Positions 17,931 to 26,362 are shown, counted from the first letter of the stretch. The stretch is 32,000 nt of DNA from Nostocales cyanobacterium HT-58-2 (GCA_002163975.1 CP019636.1:7774942-7806941); one strand, 5' to 3'. Made by a program: numbers and translations. The notes: generated from the sequence alone by a model not told the origin.

Positions 17931-17947
17931 ATCTATTTTTCTCCTGA

Positions 17948-17999
17948 TTTCTCAAAGCATTTATCTGAGGAACCTGGTTTCTCAAAGCATTTATCTGAG
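17948..17999. promoter_or_regulatory. two tandem 22-bp operator-like repeats (30-bp period) upstream of the 17930 gene
   Basis: TTTCTCAAAGCATTTATCTGAG occurs at 17948-17969 and again at 17978-17999. The second copy, extended by one base (17980-18000), has inverted 5-bp ends TCTCA..TGAGA; in the first copy the final base is G (TGAGG). Both copies contain the recurring TTATCTGA core. Confidence 0.55.
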
Positions 18000-18202
18000 A
18001 AATTCGACTAAATACTATGAGAGACAACAACCCCTACTTAAATAGGTACACCCCATCAAGTAAATAAACACTCTTAGTGCTATCATCAAGCATCTAATTA
18101 GTTATCTGATACTTATATGATAGTTAATCTCAGTATAAATAAAACAAATACACTTTTCGTCAGTGTTATCACATAAATGTTTCTCAACACAAATCATTAG
18201 AT

Positions 18203-18601
18203 TTACGTAATCACTTTCGCTTCTAGCTTGAGATACCAAGTGAGTGAGTCATCTGGATTGATTGGTGCTTTGTAATAGCTTTTTGCATATATGACTCGTT
18301 TCACACCAATATCAAAAGTATCAGTAATTGGGTCAAATGATAATGTAAGAATTTTGTGTTCTTGAGCAACGTACAACCTCATACAGTTGCTTACGGTGAC
18401 TTCAGCCGTTGGGTAATACAACCGTAATAAACCATAAGATTGGTAGGTGTTATAAGCTCCCCAGATTTCCCAATTCGTCCTAAATGTGAGTCTAAAAGTT
18501 TTGCTATTGAGAATAGGATTGTCAAAAAGTTGCCAGTTATCAGTTACGGCGATTTCACCTATTTGTTCCCAACTACCTAATGAATCAGTAATTATTGTCA
18601 T
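18203..18601 (-). CDS. hypothetical protein (132 aa), beta-rich, Trp/Tyr-rich
   Basis: ATG-initiated ORF. No recognisable motif. Confidence 0.5.
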   Translation of the reverse strand: MTIITDSLGSWEQIGEIAVTDNWQLFDNPILNSKTFRLTFRTNWEIWGAYNTYQSYGLLRLYYPTAEVTVSNCMRLYVAQEHKILTLSFDPITDTFDIGVKRVIYAKSYYKAPINPDDSLTWYLKLEAKVIT

Positions 18602-18610
18602 ATTTAAATT

Positions 18611-18648
18611 TTTTAATAAAAATCGTCAGACAACTTATCTGACGATTT
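18611..18648 (-). terminator. intrinsic terminator after the 194-aa gene
   Basis: On the minus strand, stem AAATCGTCAGA / TCTGACGATTT (18620-18630 / 18638-18648) with a 7-nt loop, followed by TTTTTATT. Confidence 0.6.
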
Positions 18649-18672
18649 GGAAGATATGCATAACACCAAAAC

Positions 18673-19257
18673 TTAAAGAGTGAGAATTGTTGACCGACCA
18701 AGTACTAACTTGGCTTGACCTCTCGCACCTAACAACGCTCTTTTTGTTCCATTGTTTGGATTAAATAAAGATTGAAACTCTGAGACAAGATCATCAATGC
18801 CAAATGGCACTTTTGTACTAGAAATAGGTATAGAGTAGTGTGATTGCGCTCCATCCTTGTCGTGATATCTAATCACCCTAGTTCCCCAAGGAGTCGTTGA
18901 TGCAACAGGGTTATCATCTCCGTAAAACCACATAATTTTAACTATTGGATAATTTAATCCACGTACGCTAATAGGTTCCTTACCTGCTGGTAATGCATTC
19001 AATAAACCGACTGTTGCCAAGTCACCAATTTTTTGGATGGCAGCCTCACTCGCTTGTAACTTAATAATTTTTTCGTTATCTACAATATCCCGGTAATAAA
19101 CTGGTCTAAAATCCGCTCTCTTTTTGTAAGGCTTTGGATTGTTGATTCTATGCTGTTCTCTGTACTGCTCTCGCTTCTTAGCCTTATCCAGTATTCTCTG
19201 GATTTCATAAGAATCTTTGACTCGTCTTCCCATAATCACCCCGACTTTTGGATTCAC
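18673..19257 (-). CDS. hypothetical protein (194 aa; alternative ATG start at 19233) with Arg/Lys-rich N-terminal arm
   Basis: GTG start at 19257 or ATG at 19233. The N-terminal ~55 aa are highly basic (GRRVKD..KAKKREQYREQHRINNPKPYKKRADFRP). The remainder is predicted beta-rich. Confidence 0.5.
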   Translation of the reverse strand: MNPKVGVIMGRRVKDSYEIQRILDKAKKREQYREQHRINNPKPYKKRADFRPVYYRDIVDNEKIIKLQASEAAIQKIGDLATVGLLNALPAGKEPISVRGLNYPIVKIMWFYGDDNPVASTTPWGTRVIRYHDKDGAQSHYSIPISSTKVPFGIDDLVSEFQSLFNPNNGTKRALLGARGQAKLVLGRSTILTL

Positions 19258-19331
19258 ATTTTTTCTACTGTAAGCTCCTAAATTGGGTGTTTTTCGTCAA
19301 TGCTATTTTTCGGAAAGGTTAAACCTTTGCT

Positions 19332-20162
19332 CTAAATCACCAAAGGATTTCGTTTCGTTTTCGTCCTGTCGTAAAGCACAATTGGGTTACGGACTCCATG
19401 TATGTGTACTATCGCGTATTGAAATTTGACACTTGCTATTGGTCGCTTTCTTGCCATGCGTCTAGACTTACCTAAAATTGTTTCCTGTGCTGGAACTGTC
19501 GGATAAGCGGCTGCTGGTTCTTCATTTTCAGAAACATTCATTTTCTTCCAATCTGGGGTATGTCCTTGAATATCTAGGACTTGTTCAATCACTCTCTTAC
19601 CTTCAGATTTGTCTCTACAAAGTAGTTGCAATTGATAGCCTCTATCCCAGTCCGAGTAGCTGCACATTGTCTTGCCTTTTCTCCAAACAAAGCCACCGCG
19701 AGAGCCAAAATTAGTTTTCACTTTCTGCCCGTAGTTTACTAATTCAGCATTGGTGAGTGTGGTTGTTGATTCATGAGCTAGTCTGAAAGAAATTTCACCT
19801 GCAACCGGACTATAACCTGGTTCTACATCGTCTGGATCTTCAATAAAACACAGTTGAATTTGTGGTTTAAATTTGCGTTCTTGTTGAAATGTGATTGTTG
19901 GTATTGAGTAAACAGGATTTTTATCTAGTGCATCACCAAGAACGATGAAAAATGCAATTAATCGAGATGTTGTTAGTGTGATTGGGTCATTATCCTTATG
20001 CAAGCAGACTGCCCTAGCAACTTGTCTGGCGTTGTCAATATCTAAGCCATCGATAGAGACATCATCAATATCATGAAAGTACTCTCTCACTCGTTTGTTG
20101 ACATAACGCAAGCAGAATTGCTGGAATAATTCAACATCATTAAATTGTGGCGTACTTGTCAT
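19332..20162 (-). CDS. hypothetical protein (276 aa)
   Basis: ATG-initiated ORF, divergent from the collagen-like gene. No recognisable motif. Confidence 0.5.
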   Translation of the reverse strand: MTSTPQFNDVELFQQFCLRYVNKRVREYFHDIDDVSIDGLDIDNARQVARAVCLHKDNDPITLTTSRLIAFFIVLGDALDKNPVYSIPTITFQQERKFKPQIQLCFIEDPDDVEPGYSPVAGEISFRLAHESTTTLTNAELVNYGQKVKTNFGSRGGFVWRKGKTMCSYSDWDRGYQLQLLCRDKSEGKRVIEQVLDIQGHTPDWKKMNVSENEEPAAAYPTVPAQETILGKSRRMARKRPIASVKFQYAIVHIHGVRNPIVLYDRTKTKRNPLVI

Positions 20163-20220
20163 ATAAGTATTATTATATACGTTATATTTATTCTAGCTTT
20201 TCTAGTATTGTTCATTCTTG

Positions 20221-20237
20221 TCAGATAACTTATCTGA
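20221..20237. promoter_or_regulatory. 17-bp perfect palindrome in the divergent promoter region
   Basis: TCAGATAACTTATCTGA lies between divergent genes (20162 minus, 20362 plus). A near-copy TCAGACAACTTATCTGA is at 18626-18642. Confidence 0.5.
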
Positions 20238-20361
20238 TAACACTTACTAAACAGATAAAAGTACAAACAAAATACAGCTAATTGCCGCAATAAAAAATTA
20301 TAGAAAACAAACATAGACAACATGAAATAGTATCTATGCGTCAAATATTCAGGGGGTAAAA

Positions 20362-22443
20362 ATGAGTGATTGTTGCAGTGAGGTCAAAAGAGAATTGGCA
20401 GCGTTACGGGCTGAAATTGCTAAGCTCAATCAAATAAATGAGGAATCAATTATTAGAAAGGCTGTTAAACGTAGCGAAGCTTCAATCATTCCTCAAATCC
20501 CAGGTATTACTAACCCTTTAATCATTTCTGCCATCAATCCTTTTAACATTCGATTGGGTAAGGCAGAGAAATTATCTGGGCAAGCATTGGATCAGGCGCG
20601 GGCTTCACTTGAAAGAGCATATGCTGCCAGTAATACTGCTAGCAATGCAGCTGCTACCGCCAGCGGTGCTGCTAGTAAGGCGGGTGCAGCGATCGCCAGA
20701 GTTGCATCTTTAGCAGCTGCGATCGCGGGGTTAGCTGCGGCAATAGCCACTTTTAAAGTTCTTGGCGCAAGGCTTGATGCTCAAGAAAGGCGTGTAGATT
20801 CTATTGATAATGGCTTATCCAAACTGTTGACTTTGATTACACCCATCAAATCGACAGCACAAAGGGCAGAACAAAAAGCCGATAGAGCCGATAGTACGGC
20901 GAACACTGCAATTTTTAAAGCCAATAATGCATCATATGCCGCAAAAGAAGCACAGGGTACAGCTGCAAACGCATACGAAAAAGCGAATGAAGCTCTTTAT
21001 GAAACCCGTGCGGGTCGAGCGGCTCTAGGAAAGCGCATTTCTGTGCTTGACAAAGAAATTAATGATACGACCTACACGGCGAACCGTGCAAACTCCAAAG
21101 CAGAGGAAGCTCTAAAGCGAGCATTCATTCCAGGACCAGCAGGACCACAAGGCACTCCTGGGAAAAATGGTGAGCGTGGTCCTCAGGGTTTGCCAGGACC
21201 GCCAGGATCACAGGGCACTCATGGGAAAAATGGTGAGCGCGGTCCTCAGGGTTTGCCAGGACCGCAAGGTATCCCAGGAAGAGATGGTGAGCGTGGTTCA
21301 GTCGGTTTACTAGGACCGCCAGGACCGCAAGGTATCCCAGGTAAAAATGGCACAGATGGCAGAGATGGTAAAGACGGCAAGAACGGAAAGGACGCACCAG
21401 TGGATAACGAAAGCAAAAGAATGTTAGAAGAGCTTAACCGCAAAGTTAGCGCTATTCCCCCGTTAATCATTGCGAAACGAGATCCACTCACTTTTGAGGA
21501 AACCGTACAAGCAACCAACACGGGCGTTTGTCGCTCCACTCAACCCGGTGGGTGTATGAGTAAAGCTTTTAATGATTTAGGCAGTGATGTTAAGGGTAAT
21601 GCTAATACGAATACAGGCAATCTTTTGAATGCAATTAATCTAGGAGCCAACGCCGAACAATTAGGGATACTCAATATCATTAACACTAAGTTGGGACCAG
21701 AGTTACCTGGAGGGTTATCAGGGACATTCGGGCGATTATGGCAGACATTACAAATTGATAGGGTATTGAATGTATTAATCCTGATAACGACATTTCATAA
21801 TGCATTCATGCTGTCTAACAATATTGCTCAAACACTGTTTGGAGCCATTGACAATATCGGTCAAGTTGCTGGATTTAAGTGGAAGAATGAAAAAGGTGAT
21901 GAGGTTGGTTTTGGTGGTCTTGTCTCCCAATGGACAACTAGCTTTTTTAAGTCCATTTTTGGGGAAGAGAATTTTAACCAGATGGTGAAAACCTATCAGT
22001 CTGCTAATCGGATGTACCAAGCGACAACTAATATGTTGTGGTCGATTCAGTCAATGTTTGATTCAGTGAGAAGTGTGACAGAGTTGACAGCCAATAACAC
22101 TGGCAAGATTGGGAATGCATTAAAAAGAGCGGGAGTTGTTTTTGAGAATGCTTTTCCGAATATGAGTGAGAGGGTGACGGCTAGAACTGCTACACAAGCG
22201 AAGTGGGATAATATTTTGAGTGGTTTACAGCCAGTGGAAAATGCTGTGAGTGCTTTTAGTTCTGTGACTGGGGGGACTGTTTCAATTGGGGATAATTTTA
22301 ATCAGTTGAAGGAGCAGCGTAAGGAGTTTGAAAAGTCTAAGCAAGATGGTGAAAAAGCTGTGGAGACTTTGATTAATGGGGAGAAGGTAGCGGTTCACTT
22401 GAAAAGTGATATGACTGAAAAAGATGTTAGGAGAAATGATTGA
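20362..22443 (+). CDS. coiled-coil / collagen-like triple-helix repeat protein with hydrophobic segments (fibre- or spike-like)
   Basis: 693 aa. Ala-rich hydrophobic stretch ([23 protein letters not shown]). Coiled-coil repeats ([40 protein letters not shown]). 29 uninterrupted Gly-X-Y triplets (21131-21393) including a 60-bp DNA repeat. A second hydrophobic segment ([17 protein letters not shown]). Confidence 0.75.
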   Translation: MSDCCSEVKRELAALRAEIAKLNQINEESIIRKAVKRSEASIIPQIPGITNPLIISAINPFNIRLGKAEKLSGQALDQARASLERAYAASNTASNAAATASGAASKAGAAIARVASLAAAIAGLAAAIATFKVLGARLDAQERRVDSIDNGLSKLLTLITPIKSTAQRAEQKADRADSTANTAIFKANNASYAAKEAQGTAANAYEKANEALYETRAGRAALGKRISVLDKEINDTTYTANRANSKAEEALKRAFIPGPAGPQGTPGKNGERGPQGLPGPPGSQGTHGKNGERGPQGLPGPQGIPGRDGERGSVGLLGPPGPQGIPGKNGTDGRDGKDGKNGKDAPVDNESKRMLEELNRKVSAIPPLIIAKRDPLTFEETVQATNTGVCRSTQPGGCMSKAFNDLGSDVKGNANTNTGNLLNAINLGANAEQLGILNIINTKLGPELPGGLSGTFGRLWQTLQIDRVLNVLILITTFHNAFMLSNNIAQTLFGAIDNIGQVAGFKWKNEKGDEVGFGGLVSQWTTSFFKSIFGEENFNQMVKTYQSANRMYQATTNMLWSIQSMFDSVRSVTELTANNTGKIGNALKRAGVVFENAFPNMSERVTARTATQAKWDNILSGLQPVENAVSAFSSVTGGTVSIGDNFNQLKEQRKEFEKSKQDGEKAVETLINGEKVAVHLKSDMTEKDVRRND

Positions 22444-22470
22444 TTTTGTTATAAAAGTTTTACAACAAAA
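22444..22470. terminator. AT-rich bidirectional hairpin between convergent genes
   Basis: TTTTGTTATAAAA (22444-22456) G TTTTACAACAAAA (22458-22470). 12 of 13 positions pair. The stem is weak because it is AT-rich. Confidence 0.35.
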
Positions 22471-22485
22471 AGCTGCTTATTGAGA

Positions 22486-25400
22486 TTAATAGAGATATGG
22501 CTCACACGTTGCTTTAGCTGCTTTCTCCTCAGGAGTTTTAGGTTCTTTGAAAACAGGATGATCCTGTAATCGCTTACAAGCAGTTTTCAACCAGGGATCT
22601 AAACTCATATCCCACATCCTGAGTGTGTGATCATCACTTCCACTGACAATTATTTGCCCATCTTTGCTTATTGCTACAGTTCTTACGGGACGCTGATGAC
22701 CTTTAAAAGGCTCATTGATTGGCTGACCCTTGGAGTTCCACATCCGCACTGTGCCATCATCATCTCCACTAACAATTGTTTGCCCATCCGTACTTATTGC
22801 TACAGAAGTTACGGGACTCTGATGACCTAAAGGCTCACTGATTGGCTGACCCTTGCGGTTCCACATCCGGACTGTCTTATCTACACTTCCACTAACAATT
22901 GTTTGCCCATCCGTACTTATTGCTATAGAAGTTATGACACCCTGTTGTGTATCAATCTTACGTTCTAGCTCACCATTGCGGTTCCATATGCGGATTGTGC
23001 CATCTCTACCTGCACTGAAAATTCTGTTCCCATCTGCACTTATGGCTACAGTATATACATTACCCTGATGACCTTTTAGTTCACCGATTGGCTGACCCTT
23101 GTGGTTCCACATCCGGACTGTGCCATTATCATCTCCACTGACAATTATTTGTCCATCTATGCTTATTGCTACAGAGGTTACGGGGCTCTGATGACCTTCA
23201 AATGGTTTACCTATCGGCTCACCCTTAGAGTTCCACATCCGGACTGTATTATCTACACCTCCACTGACAATTGTTTGCCCATCTGTACTTATTGCTACAG
23301 AAGTTATGTGACCTAGATGACCTTTAAAAGGTCCACCGATTGGCTGACCCTTGCGGTTCCACATCCGAACTGTGCCATCTTCACTTCCACTGACAATTGT
23401 TTGTCCATCCGTACTTATTGCTACACTTCTTGCCGAACCCTGATGACCTTTAATAAAAAAGTTACTTTCTGAGTCCCACATCCTGAGTGTGTGATCATCA
23501 CTTCCACTGACAATTATTTGCCCATCTTTGCTTATTGCTACAGTTCTTACGGGACGCTGATGACCTTTAAAAGGCTCATTGATTGGCTGACCCTTGGAGT
23601 TCCACATCCGCACTGTGCCATCATAACTTCCACTGGCAATTGTTTGCCCATCCATACTTATTGCTACAGAACTTATGGGGAGCTGATGACCTTCAAAAGG
23701 TTGGCCTATCGGCTGACCCTTGGAGTTCCACATCCGCACTGTTGTGTTATTGTAACCTCCACTGACAATTGTTTGTCCATCCGTGCTTATTGCTATAGAG
23801 CTTATAGCACCCTGTTGTGTAGAAAACATACCTTCTGGCTGACCCTTGCGGCTCCACATACGGACTGTGCCATCTGCACCTCCACTGAAAATTCTGTTCC
23901 CATCTGCACTTATGGCTACAGTATATACATTACCCTGATGACCTTTTAGTTCACCGATTGGCTGACCCTTGTGGTTCCACATCCGGACTGTGCCATTATC
24001 ATCTCCACTGACAATTGTTTGTCCATCTATGCTTATTGCTACAGAGGTTACGGGGCTCTGATGACCTTCAAATGGTTTACCTATCGGCTCACCCTTAGAG
24101 TTCCACATCCGGACTGTATTATCTACACCTCCACTGACAATTGTTTGCCCATCTGTACTTATTGCTACAGAAGTTATGTGACCTAGATGACCTTTAAAAG
24201 GTCCACCAATTGGCTGACCCTTGCGGTTCCACATCCGAACTGTGCCATCTTCACTTCCACTGACAATTGTTTGTCCATCCGTACTTATTGCTATACCTCT
24301 TGCCGAACCCTGATGACCTTTGAGAACATTCTTTTCCCTACTAAACTCGACTGCACTAAACAAGCTGTCTTTTATTGTTTGAGGAATCAATTGATTGGGA
24401 AAATTGAGGAAAGGCGACCGGCTTTGTGCTACAAGATTAATCGCACTCACCATCCCTTGTACGGGATAACCTTGTAAGGGATTGTTTGATAACCGATTTG
24501 TTACTAGTACGGCAGCTTGTTCTATTCGCCCTCGTTCTGCATTTTGCCACCTATAAGCTGAGATCGCTGCTACTGTCGTTAACACTAAACCTATACTTAA
24601 AACGCCAGTTAAGACTTGTCGCTGCCTTATTCGCTCCTGTTCAGCTTTTATTGCGTTTTGCTTTTTTTCTTCTTCTGCATCCACAGAGGCATGGAAAAAT
24701 TTTACTTGCAGTGGCGTTATATGCTCGCTCTTCTGCTCGTAATATTCTCTCAATAAATCCAAATCTGGAGGACGCCAAAGGCTTCCCTCTGGGCGATTGT
24801 TCTCATTCCAAACCCTCGCTGCTTCGTCCAAGCGACGCTGAAAACGAATGTCGCTGCGGCTGCTATCTAGCCATTGTCTCATCTGTCCCCAGTTGGCAAA
24901 CAATGCTTCGTGGGTCACTTCTGCGGTTTCTGTTCCGTCAATGCTAGAGAGAGTCACTAATCGCACACCAGGGTGAGCAAATCTGTCAATCACTTTTTTG
25001 ACGTACTCTGGCTCATCTTTATAAGAAACCAAGCTATTAATATTTGTACGACGACGGGTGTCGCTTGTTCCTTCCCCAAGTTGAACTAATCCCAGAAAAA
25101 CTCGTTGAGCAATTTTCTTTTCTTGTTCGTTGAGGCTTTGATAAATGCGTTGAGCTTCATCTGCCAATGCTCCACCAACTCCACCAATTTGTTCAAGCGT
25201 CTTGACAGGTTCAACACCTTTTTTTAGCCCGTCCCAAATCCGGGTTAATGCAAATTGGAGTAGCGGTAATGCTCCTTCTCGTCCTTCTGTGTCCTTCAGT
25301 AACAAGTTAACAACAGCTTCCTCCAGTGGATGACCTGCATTTGAAGCTGGTTTGGTAATTGCTTGCCGCAATTCCTCTGTACTCATCGCAGGTACAATCA

Positions 25401-26223
25401 CACCAAGTTTTGCGATCGCCTGATTGAGTGCTGGGTGTCGTTGGGTTTCTCCAAGGAAGTCGCTACGCAGAGTGATGATAACCGATACACAACCAGAGCG
25501 ATCGCCTGCGGCATGAATTAAGTTCTCGATAAATATTTGGCGTTCGGTAGCGTCATCGCAAAGCGAGTAAACTTCCTCAAACTGGTCTACCAACACCACC
25601 AATGGCGATACAGCAATCTCTGGTAAAACATTGGCAATGCGCCGTAAGCCATCATAAATAATAGTATCAGTAGTGTTACTGCTAGTTTGTTTTAATTCTT
25701 CTGCAAACTCGCGGGTTTTAGCCACAGGAGTTTGGTCATTCGTCGCCACTCTTGCCAACACCGTTGCTAAAGCTTCCACAGGATGAGTACCAGGGACAAG
25801 CACCGCCACTCGCGCTTGGCTTTTACCCGGTAAAGGACGCCGTGCGAGTTCAGGAATTAAACCTGCACGCGCTAGGGAAGATTTACCAGAACCAGATGGT
25901 CCTAAAATTGGCAGCAAACGTAATGGCGCTTCTGGTTGAGTTGTGTTTTCGTGAAGAGTCCGAAATAGATTCCACAGTTTTTCGATTTGTTTTTCTCGCC
26001 CAAAATAGCGATCGCCATCAACCTCAAGAAATGCAAGTAACCCTTTGTAGGGATTGGGACCTATTTCTCCTATAGTAGAAACTTTCTCTTCAGGAAGTTG
26101 ACGCTCTTGTTGGTACTGGTAGATAACAACTTTATTGCCATTTCCAGAAATAATCGCACTGCTGACGGCATCCTTTTCAATTCTAATGCTGCGATTCTCA
26201 TCTCTTAACCCGCGATCGCTCAT
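22486..26223 (-). CDS. STAND NTPase (nSTAND1/NACHT-like) with one hydrophobic helix and 14 WD40 blades (paralogue 1)
   Basis: 1245 aa. Walker A ILGPSGSGKSSLARAG and Walker B LVVLVDQFEE, plus TLRSDF and ALPLLQFAL motifs. Hydrophobic segment VLTGVLSIGLVLTTVAAISAY (24553-24615). WD40 units GH..x..VAIS.DGQTIVSG..DGTVRMWN. Confidence 0.9.
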   Translation of the reverse strand: MSDRGLRDENRSIRIEKDAVSSAIISGNGNKVVIYQYQQERQLPEEKVSTIGEIGPNPYKGLLAFLEVDGDRYFGREKQIEKLWNLFRTLHENTTQPEAPLRLLPILGPSGSGKSSLARAGLIPELARRPLPGKSQARVAVLVPGTHPVEALATVLARVATNDQTPVAKTREFAEELKQTSSNTTDTIIYDGLRRIANVLPEIAVSPLVVLVDQFEEVYSLCDDATERQIFIENLIHAAGDRSGCVSVIITLRSDFLGETQRHPALNQAIAKLGVIVPAMSTEELRQAITKPASNAGHPLEEAVVNLLLKDTEGREGALPLLQFALTRIWDGLKKGVEPVKTLEQIGGVGGALADEAQRIYQSLNEQEKKIAQRVFLGLVQLGEGTSDTRRRTNINSLVSYKDEPEYVKKVIDRFAHPGVRLVTLSSIDGTETAEVTHEALFANWGQMRQWLDSSRSDIRFQRRLDEAARVWNENNRPEGSLWRPPDLDLLREYYEQKSEHITPLQVKFFHASVDAEEEKKQNAIKAEQERIRQRQVLTGVLSIGLVLTTVAAISAYRWQNAERGRIEQAAVLVTNRLSNNPLQGYPVQGMVSAINLVAQSRSPFLNFPNQLIPQTIKDSLFSAVEFSREKNVLKGHQGSARGIAISTDGQTIVSGSEDGTVRMWNRKGQPIGGPFKGHLGHITSVAISTDGQTIVSGGVDNTVRMWNSKGEPIGKPFEGHQSPVTSVAISIDGQTIVSGDDNGTVRMWNHKGQPIGELKGHQGNVYTVAISADGNRIFSGGADGTVRMWSRKGQPEGMFSTQQGAISSIAISTDGQTIVSGGYNNTTVRMWNSKGQPIGQPFEGHQLPISSVAISMDGQTIASGSYDGTVRMWNSKGQPINEPFKGHQRPVRTVAISKDGQIIVSGSDDHTLRMWDSESNFFIKGHQGSARSVAISTDGQTIVSGSEDGTVRMWNRKGQPIGGPFKGHLGHITSVAISTDGQTIVSGGVDNTVRMWNSKGEPIGKPFEGHQSPVTSVAISIDGQIIVSGDDNGTVRMWNHKGQPIGELKGHQGNVYTVAISADGNRIFSAGRDGTIRIWNRNGELERKIDTQQGVITSIAISTDGQTIVSGSVDKTVRMWNRKGQPISEPLGHQSPVTSVAISTDGQTIVSGDDDGTVRMWNSKGQPINEPFKGHQRPVRTVAISKDGQIIVSGSDDHTLRMWDMSLDPWLKTACKRLQDHPVFKEPKTPEEKAAKATCEPYLY
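22609..24321 (-). repeat. WD40 coding repeat array, 14 units as 7+7 with a near-identical internal duplication
   Basis: 23013-23451 versus 23883-24321 (offset 870 bp, equal to 7 blades) differ at 4 of 439 nt. 22610-22760 versus 23474-23624 (offset 864 bp) appear identical over 151 nt. Confidence 0.9.
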
Positions 26224-26253
26224 GGATATTGCCTCATCACCGATTCACCAGCA

Positions 26254-26310
26254 TCAAAGTGTCAACCCAACAATACTAAGTAGCTTATGCCAGTTTTCAC
26301 CCAGCCAAGA
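26254..26310 (-). pseudogene. relic of the 3' end of a CHAT-effector gene
   Basis: Encodes SWLGENWHKLLSIVGLTL* versus AWLGENWHKLLGIVGLGI* at the end of the CHAT gene (30059-30115). In both cases there is the same 30-nt spacer to the downstream NTPase ATG, with a similar GAGGCAA(A/T)ATC(G/C) pre-start sequence. Confidence 0.8.
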
Positions 26311-26362
26311 CACGATTAATTTTGTGATAAAAACTTCATAAAAAATTGCATATTTAACGAGA

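Noticed and set aside
22627-24477. Series of plus-strand ORFs (22627-22830, 22853-23068, 23101-23316, 23491-23949, 23971-24186, 24187-24477) with repetitive Cys/Tyr-rich translations
   Set aside because: They are antisense read-throughs of the WD40 repeat array. Their repetitiveness simply mirrors the 123-126-bp coding repeats of the minus-strand gene, which has clear WD40 and NTPase motifs.
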